A stretch of 64,000 bases of DNA from Daphnia carinata (taxonomy: Eukaryota): NCBI RefSeq assembly GCF_022539665.2, contig NC_081332.1, forward strand, positions 4,464,001 to 4,528,000, written 5' to 3'. Under the pieces are notes generated by a model, which saw nothing but the letters and a program-made list of their open reading frames with translations, had not been told where the DNA came from and ran no database searches. The stretch's first letter is position 1. The number at the start of each line of letters is the position of its first letter. Shown here one piece after another: positions 42,501 through 54,532 of this stretch. The position numbers were made by a program, and so were the translations under genes.

Positions 42501-43175
42501 GGTTTGACCGCTGAAACTTCGCAATACGCAACTTTGGGAATGGGCGGCATGAACGTGTTGATGACTGTCGTTTCCCTGGCCATCATTGAAAAAGCCGGTC
42601 GCAAAACTCTCCAACTTATTGGTTTAGTTGGCATGATGTTTGACGTCATTCTCCTTACCATCTGCTTGGCACTGAAGGTAAATATCGTGTCAATTTACTT
42701 GCCGGAATTTGTGATTGATGCTAGACACAAACGTAATGTGCTGCTGGATTTGTTATTAATAGGATGTGGCGGCATGGTTGGCATACTTCAGCATCGTCTT
42801 GATTATTGTCTACGTCGTGTTCTTCGCTACCGGTCCTGGCTCCATTCCTTGGTTCCTCGTTACGGAACTGTTTAATTCTTCTGCTCGTCCTATGGCGACC
42901 GCTATCGCCGTAACCGTCAACTGGGTCGCCAATTTCATCGTCGGCCTTGGATTTCTCCCTATTCAGGTTGATCACACTCAGATGATGAAATAGCCCGCAG
43001 TTCTTATCGAAATTCATTCATTTTATTCGTACAGGAATTGTTAGGCCCCTATGTGTTCGTCATCTTCGCCGGTTTCTTGGCCTTCTTTTCCTGGTTCACC
43101 TGGAAGAAGGTGCCGGAAACTAAGAACAAGACGATCGAAGAAATCAGCGCCATGTTCCGCCAGCAATCCTACTAG
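36565..43175 (+). CDS. Glut1: Facilitated glucose transporter, class I GLUT (SLC2A1-like), with two candidate first coding exons
   Basis: Common exons start at 41165: [51 protein letters not shown] and PETKNKT. Phase-0 first exons at 36565-36747 and 40662-40679. Confidence 0.93.
40505..40516 (+). promoter_or_regulatory. TATA box of the putative proximal Glut1 promoter
   Basis: TATAAAAG near 40508 is followed ~30 nt later by an Inr-like TCAGT and lies ~150 nt upstream of the MASNLQ exon. Confidence 0.55.
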
Positions 43176-44746
43176 AAGATAGAAATCAACAGCGTGTATA
43201 TCATATCCGGGAAGACGGAAGCGTTTGAGTACCAGCGACGCTGTTGCTGTTAACTACACACCAACAATAAGCATATAAAAAACAAACAGATTGTATAAAT
43301 GGACAACTCACTGGACTGTTAAAATACGTTTGTTTGCCAAGTTCTTCGTCCGCCTATTTAGTGATTGTTGTCCATTGGATTTTATTCGAAATTTTTATAA
43401 TAACAAATCCAAAGTCGCAGACATAAAACACGCATTCTGGTTCAACCTCATGTCCCCTCCCAGTGACCTAAGCAACGTATCGTATCATATAGCTCCAAAT
43501 CTGGTTTCTAATATAGGCAGTGAGCTAGACATTTTGAATTTGTTATCGTAGTTACAGAAATCCCAAAGATTTTGTTGTTATTACTTATATTACTTATATT
43601 GGTAGTACCAGCTCCCTTCGAATGCATTGCATTTTACTTTTTTTTATTGTGTTTTATTTTTTATTTTATTATTTAGAAGGAGCATAATAGCATTAAAACC
43701 AATAGTCGCGTTCTGGGTTCCATGACGATTCGACGCAGGACCTGTTCTAGTTTAACGTTTTTTTTTTCTTGTGAATTTACAATTTCCATCATATTTTTGT
43801 ATATCTAGGTAGGCTAGTCGTAAGACGTAGTCGAGTTATTCAACATACTATCGACGTTTGACGTATGTATGATTATTCGTCTTGTACTGATTTAAAAAAA
43901 ATTATGGGTGAAACATATGTTTGGTACTATACACGTTTCTTTCCCGATTATACTCGTTACATTTTGTAGTGCACTGTACTTCATAGAAACGGAATAATTA
44001 GTGTAAACGTTTACTTTTGTGTTCACAAACGTGTTTCGGGGATGGATAATATACACGAGATCGAGGTATGTGGCGATTTCAAAACGAGTACGCACTCCAT
44101 TTTCTTAACCACTGCCAAAAGCATCGTTATAATTATTCTAAATCATAGCTTCTTATAATGAAGAGCAAGGTCAAGAGTACATTGTAAAAAATCCGTCCCG
44201 CTACCTCGTCGAGAACTGAATCTTTTGAGCCCATACATCCGAGCTATTATTAGATATTTCTGCTATAGCCAAGTCGACATTTTGACTCCACGAAGATTGA
44301 GGCTTCGTGTAATTTTAGCTTGACAAATTTTCAAACTTTAATGGTAATTCAGTGTTATAAAGAATTGTTGGTTTATTCAGAAACCATATTTTTTCTTAAG
44401 TAATAGTAACAGATAAAATTGTTATTTCACGCTAGAGAGATAAATCAGCAAATGAAATTGCTAAACAATCAATTGGCGAATCAAGTAGAGCAAATTCTGC
44501 TTTTAAGAGTATAATTTCCTTTCAGTTAAATATAGCCACCACAAGATGCCGCTGGTGTGAGATAGAGTCGTCGCTGACTAGATTTTGTTCTGCTGTAAAA
44601 GCCCAACATGGCGGAATCGGTGGTGAAGTGTCGATGAAGATTATATAGTTAAAGTGAAGGATTTTCTCACAGTCTGGCCCTAAATTACCCTTATTCAAAT
44701 TTTAACAATTAATTTCGGATGAATGCGCGGACCAACTCCCGTCCCA

Positions 44747-45700
44747 ATGTTGAAACAGTTGCAAATGGGACTTCGCGCCTTTCTCGTGTTGGCTTCCAAG
44801 ATATGGACTTTCATTTGTTTTGTTTTTCGCAAAAATACTAGAGCGGTAATGTTCACCGTTATTCACTATCATTGTTTTCTTGTTTCACTATGTTTTTTAC
44901 AATAGGTTATACAGCATCAGACTGTCAAATATGAAGTATCACCACTATCACCTCTATCAAAGCATAGACTAAGTACATACTAACAAAGAGTGTAGTTTTC
45001 TACAAATGTTCATTCATTGAAAAATAATCTACTAGGTATGGTCAGGCGGAAAATCCTGGTACTGGATTTGGATGAAACACTGATTCACTCGCACCATGAT
45101 GGTGTAGTTAGGCAAACAGTAAAACCTGGCACCCCACCTGATTTTGTGTTGAAAGTCACAATTGACAGGCATCCTGTACGTTTTTTTGTACACAAGCGTC
45201 CACATGTTGACTTTTTCCTAGATGTGGTAAGATGCTCAGAGAATATATTTGGAACATTGTTTCAACACTTTGTTAATCTTAGTTGTCAAAAAATACAAAT
45301 AATCAAGTAACTGTTGTTTTGACAGGTTTCACAGTGGTACACGCTAGTGATTTTTACTGCTAGCATGGAAATTTACGGAGCGGCCGTAGCAGATAAATTG
45401 GACAATCAGCGAGGCATGCTGCAGCGGCGTTATTACCGACAGCACTGCACCATGGATTACGGCAGTTACACCAAGAACCTAGAAATGATCTCGATGGACT
45501 TGTCGTCCATATTTATATTGGATAATTCACCTTCGGCCTATCGGTCGTATCCCGACAATGCCATACCCATCAAATCCTGGTTCTCCGATCCTATGGACAC
45601 TGCCCTGCTCAACCTGTTACCCGTACTCGACGCACTGCGATTCACGCAGGACGTTCGAAGTGTTCTCGGCAGGAACTTGCACTCGCATCGACTCTGGTAG
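44747..45700 (+). CDS. CTDNEP1: CTD nuclear envelope phosphatase 1 (Dullard)
   Basis: [23 protein letters not shown] motif [29 protein letters not shown] and the ending [16 protein letters not shown]. An upstream in-frame ATG at 44723 is possible. Confidence 0.95.
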
Positions 45701-46503
45701 TTTTGCTGACTTGTGATTTCATCCAGCACATACCAGTTCCCACACTTCTGCCCACCTCCCTATCACCTCTGCAGCAGCCAAGTCTCATTCCCTTATGCGT
45801 TCATTCACTCGTGATCAGCTTCCATCAACAACTGACTGCACAGTACTGAGTAACCTCCATCGGACTGTTAAATACCATTACGGATTGTCCTCAGATGGCC
45901 TCAGTGTTTTTCTCGTTGTGTAAACGATTGGCCTTGTCTAGAATAGACACAATTAGTGAAGTGACGTCTCCGCGATTGGATGGATAGGTTTAATACGGAG
46001 AGTATAGTTATGTGTGCTGAGACAATTTTTTCTTCTTACAATCCGCGTTATTCATGATTTGTTGACCCTATCTTCTCTTCTTATTCATTCTTCCAGTTGA
46101 CTGATTTATTGTTGAAAAAAAAGCAATATGGCTAACCAAGTGGAATCAACAATCTTTAACTGTGTACAGTAAATACTCTTCCTCTGTCTCTTTCTTTTGA
46201 TTTTCTTATTCCTCTCGGAAGTGTGTGAATACATCATCCCTTTTCCTTGTATCGCTCACCCTACCAAAACAAAAGAAAAAACAAACAAAAAATAGAAGAT
46301 TTCTTTTTCCCTTTTATCTTAATGCCCTGAACCCGACGAAATAAGTAAAAAGTCAATACATGGACTAGTTGATATAAACATCTTTGAATCTTAAACTCGC
46401 TGGCGAAAGAATTGAATACTCCCGTGTCCAATTGAACATCTTCAAATACTTCTTTTTTTCCCAAACAATGTACCAGTATGACAAAGTATTTGACTTGACA
46501 ATC

Positions 46504-47857
46504 TTAATCTGTATCTTCGCCAGAGCCCCCTGAAGCTCCCATCTCTACCATTTCGGCACTATTGGATTCACTGCTCTCACTTGGACCACGGGCAGGTGAC
46601 ACCGAACTCAAACCCGCCTTGGCCAGCGATGTAGAACTTGTGGGCATTTCCTCAACAGAAATTATCTCCGGCGATGAAGACAACGAAACACCATCACCTT
46701 GGTTAATTTTACTTGTCGATTCCGCACGAAGATTTAGTTTTTCTCCGGCTGAAGAGTCTAGTTGCCAAGAGGGAATAGAAGGAGTTCCAGTCACAATTGC
46801 TGGAGGGGCTGGAAACTGCCGCCTTTTATTTATTAAAAAAAAAAAAAAATGAAACGAAGCTGTTAACATACCAAATTAGTAGCACCACCTCCATTGGACA
46901 ACCTTATTCTATCTTATTCAATTATGATACTGTACTAATACTTTACCTTCCTAGCAAAATGGCTTTTAGAGAAGCCATTTCAGCTTTTAATTCTTTAATC
47001 TCGGATTGTTCATATTGCTTTGGACGAAGCGTAGCAACTGTATCAGATAAATTCTGTACTGCTGCTGAAACGTCGCCTACTAAACAAGTAAGATTTTTGT
47101 TCATTTCTTCTACAGTATCTTCTAAAGGTTTCTTTTTCTTATGACCAAATAGGAAAGGTTCTATGAATCGCCTAGAAAGTTCAATAGAAATGTGTTAATT
47201 TCTCTTTCTTTCTTAAGATACAGTATACCACAGTGCCCATTAAAGGGGTTATTCTACCTGTATAGATAATGAAGGCTGTAAGCAGCTCCTGTGATAAGGA
47301 TCATTGTGTTCATGATTTCCTTGAATAAGCCCCATTTTGATGTTGCAACTGGTGTCAAAGCATGGCTGTATTCATGTAACTGTGCTACTTTAACAGACGA
47401 GTAGTGTCCACGGGTCCCTTCCTTTTATATTCAGTAAACATCAAACTTGATTTTAGAAACAAGGCTAGATTAATTCTAATGACCCAATACTTTTTCATCA
47501 CTGGTTCCAGCAGCTTCAAATGCTGCCATAATTTCAGCATGATTCAATCCTTTCCTTTGTAAGAATAGTTCTTTCTCTGACCTGGGACGTGTTGCAACAC
47601 GTGGATTTTGCAAAAATTTTACAGCTGTAGATATCTATGAAAAGAGAACAGACAATTGTGCAACCACTTTCTGAGTGACAAAAAACATCTTCAGGTATTG
47701 GTAGCCTCAACTTTTAATCAGGAAGTATTTCAAAGAAGCAAGGAATGCGTAGATCAAAATTTACCAAGTCTTCTCGCAAGGCCTCTATATTTCCTTTTTC
47801 GGAGTTATCTTCATGTCGGTGGTCACTTCCCAATATAACAGCATTATTGTTCATCAT
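46504..47857 (-). CDS. PEX14: Peroxisomal membrane protein PEX14
   Basis: REDL/ISTAVKFLQNPRV...KELFLQRKGLNHAEI (Pex14_N), a hydrophobic segment, a coiled coil, ISELKAEMASLKAILL and SIPSWQL. A probable 5'UTR exon donor lies near 48105. Confidence 0.9.
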
Positions 47858-48374
47858 GAAGGAACTTAATATAAAAAAGCTTAACTTTGAATTGGGAACT
47901 GCTGTAACAAGCAGTTACTACAGGCAAATAGGTTATCCAAGACACTCATACAACAACCTTGAGCACTCAGTTTGTTATCAAATGAAAATTGAAGAAAAAA
48001 CAATTACTGGCGAGGTAATGCTACTAAACAGCAAACGCATGCCTTGAATATCTTTTGAAATTTTTAACTAACATTATATTAAAAAGGGAAGACAAAGAAA
48101 ACTCACCTGAAGTATAAGGAACACTCGAAACACACGTAGAGCTTATAGTCTTTGAGTAATCTAAAATATTAAATTAGTGTGTTCGAATCGAAAAACATTA
48201 CTAGCGCGCCAGTACGCTACAGCGCTAGCGTGACACATCCAACTTCTTTGATTATTCAAAAACCATAAAGGCTACGTAAAAACTAATTTCATTTTCGTGT
48301 TCCTTGTTAAATTCTGAACCATAATCATACATAGTTATCTTGATCTAATGATCTTATTTTTTAATAGGAAAAAA

Positions 48375-48412
48375 TTTAAGCCCGACAAAATCAGCCCGGC
48401 CTTCTGTTTTTT
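48375..48412. mobile_element. Left fragment of a palindromic MITE split by the 14-kb insertion
   Basis: TTTAAGCCCGACAAAATCAGCCCGGCCTTCTGTTTTTT is a near-perfect inverted match to ~62807-62844. Confidence 0.75.
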
Positions 48413-48646
48413 TATGGCAATCCGTTTTACATATGGCATATGGCAATCCGTTTTACATAAAAAAAAAAAAATGGCGGAAAACAAAAAAAAAATCGCACTT
48501 TTTTCTCTTTTTTCTACCCGTAGCCATCTATCAGTCGGTTTCGTTATTACAGGCATGTAAGCAATTTGAGTTAATTGTATCCCATTAGCAGTTAATTGAG
48601 TAGCGTGGCTGGAGAACAACGCGTGGCTGGAGGAACAATTGAAAAA

Positions 48647-50038
48647 TGGATAAGATAATAAAACAAAAAAATGGTAAGTATAAACATTATTATATTGGTT
48701 TTCAATTATTGATTATTGTTTATCAGATCAAATTATGAAGCTGCAGGCCCAGTTATTGGAACAACACAAAATATTAGATAACAAAGCTAAGGATCGTAGG
48801 CCTAACACGTAATGATTCTATTTATTTGCTTTTATTCATTCGTGTTTTGTAGCTCAAATTTTGAGTCTTCAAGCTCAGCTAGGGGAAAAGAACAAATTGG
48901 AACGGAACAGTTTCCAAACAGTGAAGGAGGTTTTTCAAAACTCATCTCTAACTGAACGTGAGGATGAGTTGGCATTAGGCGAACACAGCCAGGTACCTAA
49001 AGTTTTCAAATAAGAATTCAAAATAAGTATAGAATTAAAAAGAAACAGTTATTTATTGCTTAGTTATTCAGTCCACCACATGACAGTGTGTTAAATTTAA
49101 ATTCTGTTAGTGCTGCACTAAAAGAATCGTTAGTAATAAGCTCATGCAGTGAAGGAACTGAACAATTGTGGGAATGTATTTGGTCCGAAAATGGGTATGG
49201 TACAGAAACCCAGAAATGGCACAAGTTCAACATGAAACATGGATTAGGTACTTTTCGGTTTTTTGTCTATCGAAAAAGTATTTTTAATGCTATTATTTTG
49301 CATTCACAGATTTTAACGGGGGATCAAATCGAGTCTGGAAGTGTTACAGGATGGAAGAGTGAGCCTACAGATGAAAAAACACTGAGAGTGCATTACCGTA
49401 AGGTGTGAGGTAAATTAATAGAGTAATGCAAATTGCCTAATGAGAAGTACCATCTTGTGTTAATGAATCCAGTACAACAGCAATTCTTTATAGTTCTGTC
49501 ACAGCTAGAAGCCTCAAATAATTCTGCTTCTCTGTCTAAAGAACAACTTGTCCTTTACGTTCAGAGTGTTGGGGAAACTGGGTACTTAAATGACCCTAAA
49601 GATGTTTTAATTTTGCTGCTATTGCAGAGATGAACATCATACATGGACTCTTTAGGTATGAAAGGATTTTTCTTCAAATAATTTTGAATTTATGACGAAG
49701 AATTTCTCCTCCTTTTTGCCAACCAGGTGTTATCTACCAAAAAAAATTTTATCCAATAGGAAAGGATTTTCATGTACTGGGAACACAACTATCAACAATG
49801 CAACATTCTACAGGTGCTAGTTTATCATTCAAGAGCCTTATACAATGAAGTTAATCTGCAATTTGTATATCCTTTCCCAAGCTTCCACCAGAAGTTGAAT
49901 CTATGAGTCATGTAAGTTCCATGATCAACAATTGATGTGTTTAACGGTGTTGTTTTTCTTTTCTCAATATAGGTTAATAGTAACATTGGATCTGAAAAGA
50001 TTCTTGGTTGGGGCAAGACACTGAATAAATTGTATTGA
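48647..50038 (+). pseudogene. Decayed spliced gene inside the arm (coiled-coil-like N-terminus, possible degenerate PHD finger); copies in all four arms
   Basis: In-phase GT-AG exons give MDKIIKQKN/DQIMKLQAQLLEQHKILDNKAKD/.QILSLQAQLGEKNK.../LFSPPHDSVLNL...LWECIWSENGYGTETQKWHKFNMKHGL/DFNGGSNRVWKCYRMEE*. The copies carry different stops or indels. Confidence 0.5.
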
Positions 50039-50112
50039 TTGGATGGATGACATGACATTGCTATACTTAATTCGGATTCCCCAGACGGTATTTGATATTA
50101 AAAAAATTGAAG

Positions 50113-50505
50113 TGCATATCTGGGCTCCCTTCTTTTCTGAAGCCCCGTTTCCCCTTGACTCATAATAAGCCCGTAGGGGGTCATGCCCCTACTGTACGGT
50201 ATATATAAAAACAACATATACCGAGGTTTGGAGGGCTCTGGCCGGAAAGGGGACGTGGGGTGCCGCTTCGTCCGATGATGTGTTCACGGAGGGTGACGTG
50301 GCTGCCCACAAATCCGAACTAAAGGTTAATCGCTCCTGTAAAAATGTTCCAAATCTTCAGCTCTTCTTCCGGCTTCTCTTAGCCAATCACCGGGTAATCT
50401 CCCCGGTGGGTCAACAAGGCAGTGTCTCCCCCTGCCTGGGTTGACGGCAACTTTTGAAAGGGCTATTGTGCCTTTTTAAAGTTGCAAAAATAATTGTAAT
50501 GTGCA
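50113..50505. other. Multi-hairpin structured module 1 (copies at 59230-59622 and, inverted, ~60485-60879)
   Basis: At least five local hairpins, a long-range GCCGGAA/TTCCGGC stem and a closing TGCATAT/ATGTGCA stem. Confidence 0.6.
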
Positions 50506-50679
50506 GAGAATTGTCAATAAAATTTTTTTTATAAAAATATTTTTTGCAAAATTTGTTTCTTTTTTGTCTGTGTTCGTGTTCACACCTTACAGTTATAAAC
50601 ACTTACTTTATTTCCCTTGCTCAATTCACCTTTAGTTTTTGTACCACCTTTTTATGATGCGCATTCTTTCCATTGGTAT

Positions 50680-50753
50680 ATCATTTATCTGGGATTTGAA
50701 CCACTAACCTATAGCATTCCAGCATAGCGCGCTACCGTTGCGCCATGACTGTT
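50680..50753 (-). pseudogene. tRNA-like head (degenerate, A and B boxes retained)
   Basis: Minus strand reads TGGCGCAACGGTAGCGC...GGTTCAAATCCC. No good acceptor stem. Confidence 0.7.
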
Positions 50754-50842
50754 CTTATAAATATTAGTTATAATCTTGATGCCTATGTTAAAATAAGTTC
50801 GTCATGAGGCTATTATGGAATGCCTATCATGATAATAACAAA

Positions 50843-50915
50843 TTATAGATGGCATAATGGCAAAGCTACTGAATTGCATGCAAGATTCCTTAGGTTCGAT
50901 CCCCATTTCAGTCAA
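50843..50915 (+). pseudogene. tRNA-like head (degenerate)
   Basis: TGGCATAATGGCAAAGC...GGTTCGATCCC at tRNA spacing. Confidence 0.6.
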
Positions 50916-51051
50916 TTGAAAATCTAAATAAATAAATGGAAAAAATAAATAATGTTACAAAGTATTTTATTTTCCCTCCTTCCACCCACAAATCCACCAC
51001 TATACATATTCCACATAATACAACATACAATACATACATATATACACTTAA

Positions 51052-51370
51052 AACTAACCCGTTGGCTGCCACGCCATCTTAACTACGGTCGCTACGTCGC
51101 TATCATAGGGATAGCGACCAAGGGGGCCGGGTAGGCCGGGCTGATACGATGATGAGACCTTTACGGGAATGCACACCCCAGGTCTCATCTATCGCATCGA
51201 TCAAGGGAAAGTCCCTATGGTGCATTGCCTTTGGGGCCATTCGGCCAATCTTGGGCAGTGGCGCTGCTCCACTCCATGGCAGATAGCCATGGAGCAGAAC
51301 AGCGCGGCCCGTACCTGTCAAGCTACAAAAAAAAGGGGATAAAAGGTGGGTGGCAGCCAACGGGTTAGTT
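51052..51370. other. Structured module 2, or a small MITE, closed by a perfect 21-bp inverted repeat
   Basis: AACTAACCCGTTGGCTGCCAC (51052-51072) pairs with GTGGCAGCCAACGGGTTAGTT (51350-51370) and encloses several GC-rich hairpins. Confidence 0.7.
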
Positions 51371-51404
51371 AAGAATAAACATTGCAAAACACACACAATA
51401 CCCA

Positions 51405-51755
51405 AACGACGAGGCGAAGACGCGGCTACCACGAAGCAAAGACGGGATGGCGGGCGAGGCGAAAGCGGGGTGACCACGAGGCGAAGAAGGGATGACCGGC
51501 GAGGCGAAGACGGGACGACGGGCGAGGCGAAGACGGGACGACGGGCGAGGCGAAGACGGGACGACGGGCGAGGCGAAGACGGGACGACGGGCGAGGCGAA
51601 GACGGGACGACGGGCGAGGCGAAGACGGGACGACGGGCGAGGCGAAGACGGGACGACGGGCGAGGCGAAGACGGGACGACGGGCGAGGCGAAGACGGGAC
51701 GACGGGCGAGGCGAAGACGGGTTGACAGGCGAGGTGAAGACGGGCGCGGCGAAGA
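51405..51755. repeat. 23-bp GC-rich minisatellite (CGAGGCGAAGACGGGACGACGGG)n
   Basis: About 9-10 perfect units at ~51500-51720, with degenerate units on both sides. Confidence 0.97.
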
Positions 51756-53753
51756 GGAAAAAGGCTTTGTTCTGTAATGTAAATGTAAAGAAAAAGAATT
51801 ACTTAGTTGGAAATATAAGATTGCTGATGTAGCCAAATGTATGAAAGCAATTTGACTTACTTCTGTTGTCCAATGGCTAGAAATACTGTAGGGCCAGCAG
51901 ATAGGCAGCAGACAGCAAAGAGATGGCAGTCCTATGGTTGAATATTCAATTTATAAAACAAACAAACTATACTAGGTATGAGAAAAATTTATGAATACCA
52001 ATAGAAATTGTATTGAGGTACATGTCTATGTCTGTTGGTAGGCTAAGTAGAGATTACAATTGTTGAAATGGCTGTGGTTACAGTTGGCGCTGCAGCATAA
52101 GACGAATTTGGTGCACCAGTTAGATTGCAATTGACAGGCAACCATGAGCGGGTAAAGGTTAGAAGAATAATATTATGGTATTCGTACCCATAGGATTCGC
52201 ATCTTTGGTGACATTCCTCAACGGGAAGTATCCTTTACAAATGAAGTTTCATGAGCTTAACCTTAAAAGAAAAATCCGCTAGTGAGATTCTGATAACAAA
52301 ACATTAGTCTTATACCTCTCAATGAGCACCAGAATAGTTTGATGAATGCAACATAATGGGTTGCGAATAGTTTTTTGTTTAGACAGCTGACATAGGTGAT
52401 TACAAGACATGTAACATAAAAACCAAGCATTTTGTGGGCTTCACTTGCAAAACACACTCTAGGACGAAAACACACAGAACCACCATGAGATTTGCTTGAA
52501 TTTTCCCTTGGAATGTGACATACTTCACAAAAACTTTCGAACACAGGTTTCACTACCCCCCAGTCACCAACTAAACAGTAGCACAGCAGCGTCATCTTGT
52601 TTTCCAATTAAGAACCGAAATATTCATAAAAATTGAAAATCTTGTTTTTTCGAGACGGGAACTGCACTGATGTGAACTCTTTTAACAAACTTCTTGAGCG
52701 TGAATCGAGCGTGAATGGCAAATATAGCCCCCCCCATATTTGTACCATTTCAATTTTATTTAAACAAATGTAGCGACCAAAACCATGAACAGCATTTTTA
52801 AAGTATAGCGATTTAACATGTTTTTGAGCCCGGATTAGTCACTGTTTTTTATTTATTTATCCAAAAACCTAGATATTTCTAGGAAAATACATAATTTGGG
52901 TTCAGAATTCAAAAAGAAGCTTGGTTGCACTTCACATGTAGAAATTTTGCAACTTCACACATGTCTGGATTTCAAGCTAGTAAACATTAAGTCTGTCTGA
53001 CAATACAATTTTCTTTCTTGAACAGCTGCACGCTATTTCGGCCATGTTTCACGGAAAAAATTCTCCACTGAGACAAGGGCATCGATTATGTGTTATCGTG
53101 CCTATTTCAATTAACCAATCACCAGGCAAGGAAAAAAATTCTTCGAAGCAACTACAAAGCTACATGGCTGCCAATATATACTGCTCCTATTTGTGATAAC
53201 AATGTATGAAAGGTAGTATCAGCAAATGGTTTTATTGTTGTTTTATTTGTAACCTAACCTTATAATGCAAACCTCCCTTTTTCTTTTGTTAGTGATGAAG
53301 ATGGAATTTTCTGTCCTACTTGTTTCTGTCATAGACTGTGGGGTCCACCGTTACAAAACTCTACATCAGCAACAATCGTTTCTCACTGCTCAGAACCTGC
53401 AAATGTCGTGAATGAAAAAATTTTAGTTAAAAATAATTTAAAAAATAGTTGTAACACCAAGCATTATTAAACGACTTGCCTAACTAAGGAAACCGCTGGA
53501 ACCACAATGTCTGTCTCCACAATCCTGAAATGATTGAAATGGCAAGCTTTGCTTTATTTCATTAATTCTAATTTTTAAAAAAGGAAAAAGCCTAACTGCA
53601 TGGTTGAGCAGTTTGGCTTGATGCCTTTTTTAAAAAGCAAGAAGGTAGCAATAACCATTATCTCAATGTGCCTGTCGTGCTGACTTTTAAGGACACGAGT
53701 TACCGTGAAACAAAAGAAAAATAAAATAGGTAATTCATTGATGGGTCTTGCTG

Positions 53754-54390
53754 TTAGAGGTTTCTAGTACGTCGAGGTGGTGGCGATGAGGTATCCTCCT
53801 TAACAAGCTCAGGTTCGCTAGTTGTTTTCTTGCCACCACGTGTCCGTTTCGTGGCCGGCACGGCCGGAGGTTCATCCGCCATTGTTGCGGCAGATACTGC
53901 CGGGCCCTTCTTTTGTCGTGAACGTTTGGCGGCCGGTGCTTTCTCTTCCTCTTCTTTTGCAGTAGCGGCCACAGTCTCAATGTCGGGGTCGCGTTCCAGC
54001 TGGACAGAGACTTTCTTCTCGGCCGGTGAAGCCGTCTTCCGCGTCGAACGGGTGGATCTGACTGGCGAATGCGCCGTTTCGGCCACGTCAAAATGAACTT
54101 TGAGTGCGCCCTTTGCGCGAGTAGATCGTCCATTTTTGACGGATGTGACTCGCGATCCATCGTTCGCCTCCGGCTCATCTGGCACGTGATTGGCATGGAT
54201 GTCGACAGCGTGTCCGTTGCCTTCGTGTAACATTTCTACATCATCCAATCCAGCAACGTGTTTATTGGCTTTCGTTTCACCACGACGCCTTTTGCCTTCC
54301 GGCGCTTCCTTCTCCGGAACGGAGACACGTTTGACAGCACCTCGACGTGTTGTTTTCTTCGTCACCACGACATCGGCTTTTATTGTTCAT
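53754..54390 (-). pseudogene. Captured GC-rich exon fragment encoding a basic low-complexity (K/R/T/P/E-rich) peptide
   Basis: 204-aa open frame with coding-like composition in AT-rich surroundings. Acceptor-like site at ~54391, no in-frame ATG start. Source gene not recognised. Confidence 0.45.
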
Positions 54391-54532
54391 CTATAATAAG
54401 ACAGTAAAACACCATTAGGCATAATAACTCTTAATTCATATATATATATTTCATACCTTACATGATTCGTGAGTTGATTGCTAGCATATTCTTCTGGCAG
54501 AAGCTTCGGAAGAGACATTTACGATTTTCGTT

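Larger units (their letters stand above)
48413..50690 (+). repeat. Arm A1 (~2.2-kb repeat unit)
   Basis: Direct repeat of 57560-59780. The distal ~900 bp is almost identical, and ORFs 49825-50058 and 58942-59175 translate identically. Inverted relative to A2 and A4. Confidence 0.9.

Noticed and set aside
49825..50058. 77-aa ORF MSCHPSNQY..., recurring at 58942 and 60933
   Set aside because: It recurs only because the arm is repeated. It is antisense to the spliced arm gene, truncated in A4, and has no recognisable domain.
50268..50325. Hammerhead-like CCGATGA...GAG in module 1
   Set aside because: The core deviates from CUGANGA...GAAA, and I found no convincing stem III or cleavage triplet.
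51200..51345. RNase MRP/P-like GGAAAGTCCC with a downstream GGGGAT in module 2
   Set aside because: The motif sits mid-molecule inside a local hairpin. CR-V and a Pol III terminator are missing. An Rfam search would settle it.
51350..51836. R/G/D-rich and S/P/R-rich ORFs, and a CRISPR-like look of the repeat
   Set aside because: The ORFs are by-products of a stop-free 23-bp minisatellite. There are no unique spacers or cas genes, and the context is eukaryotic.
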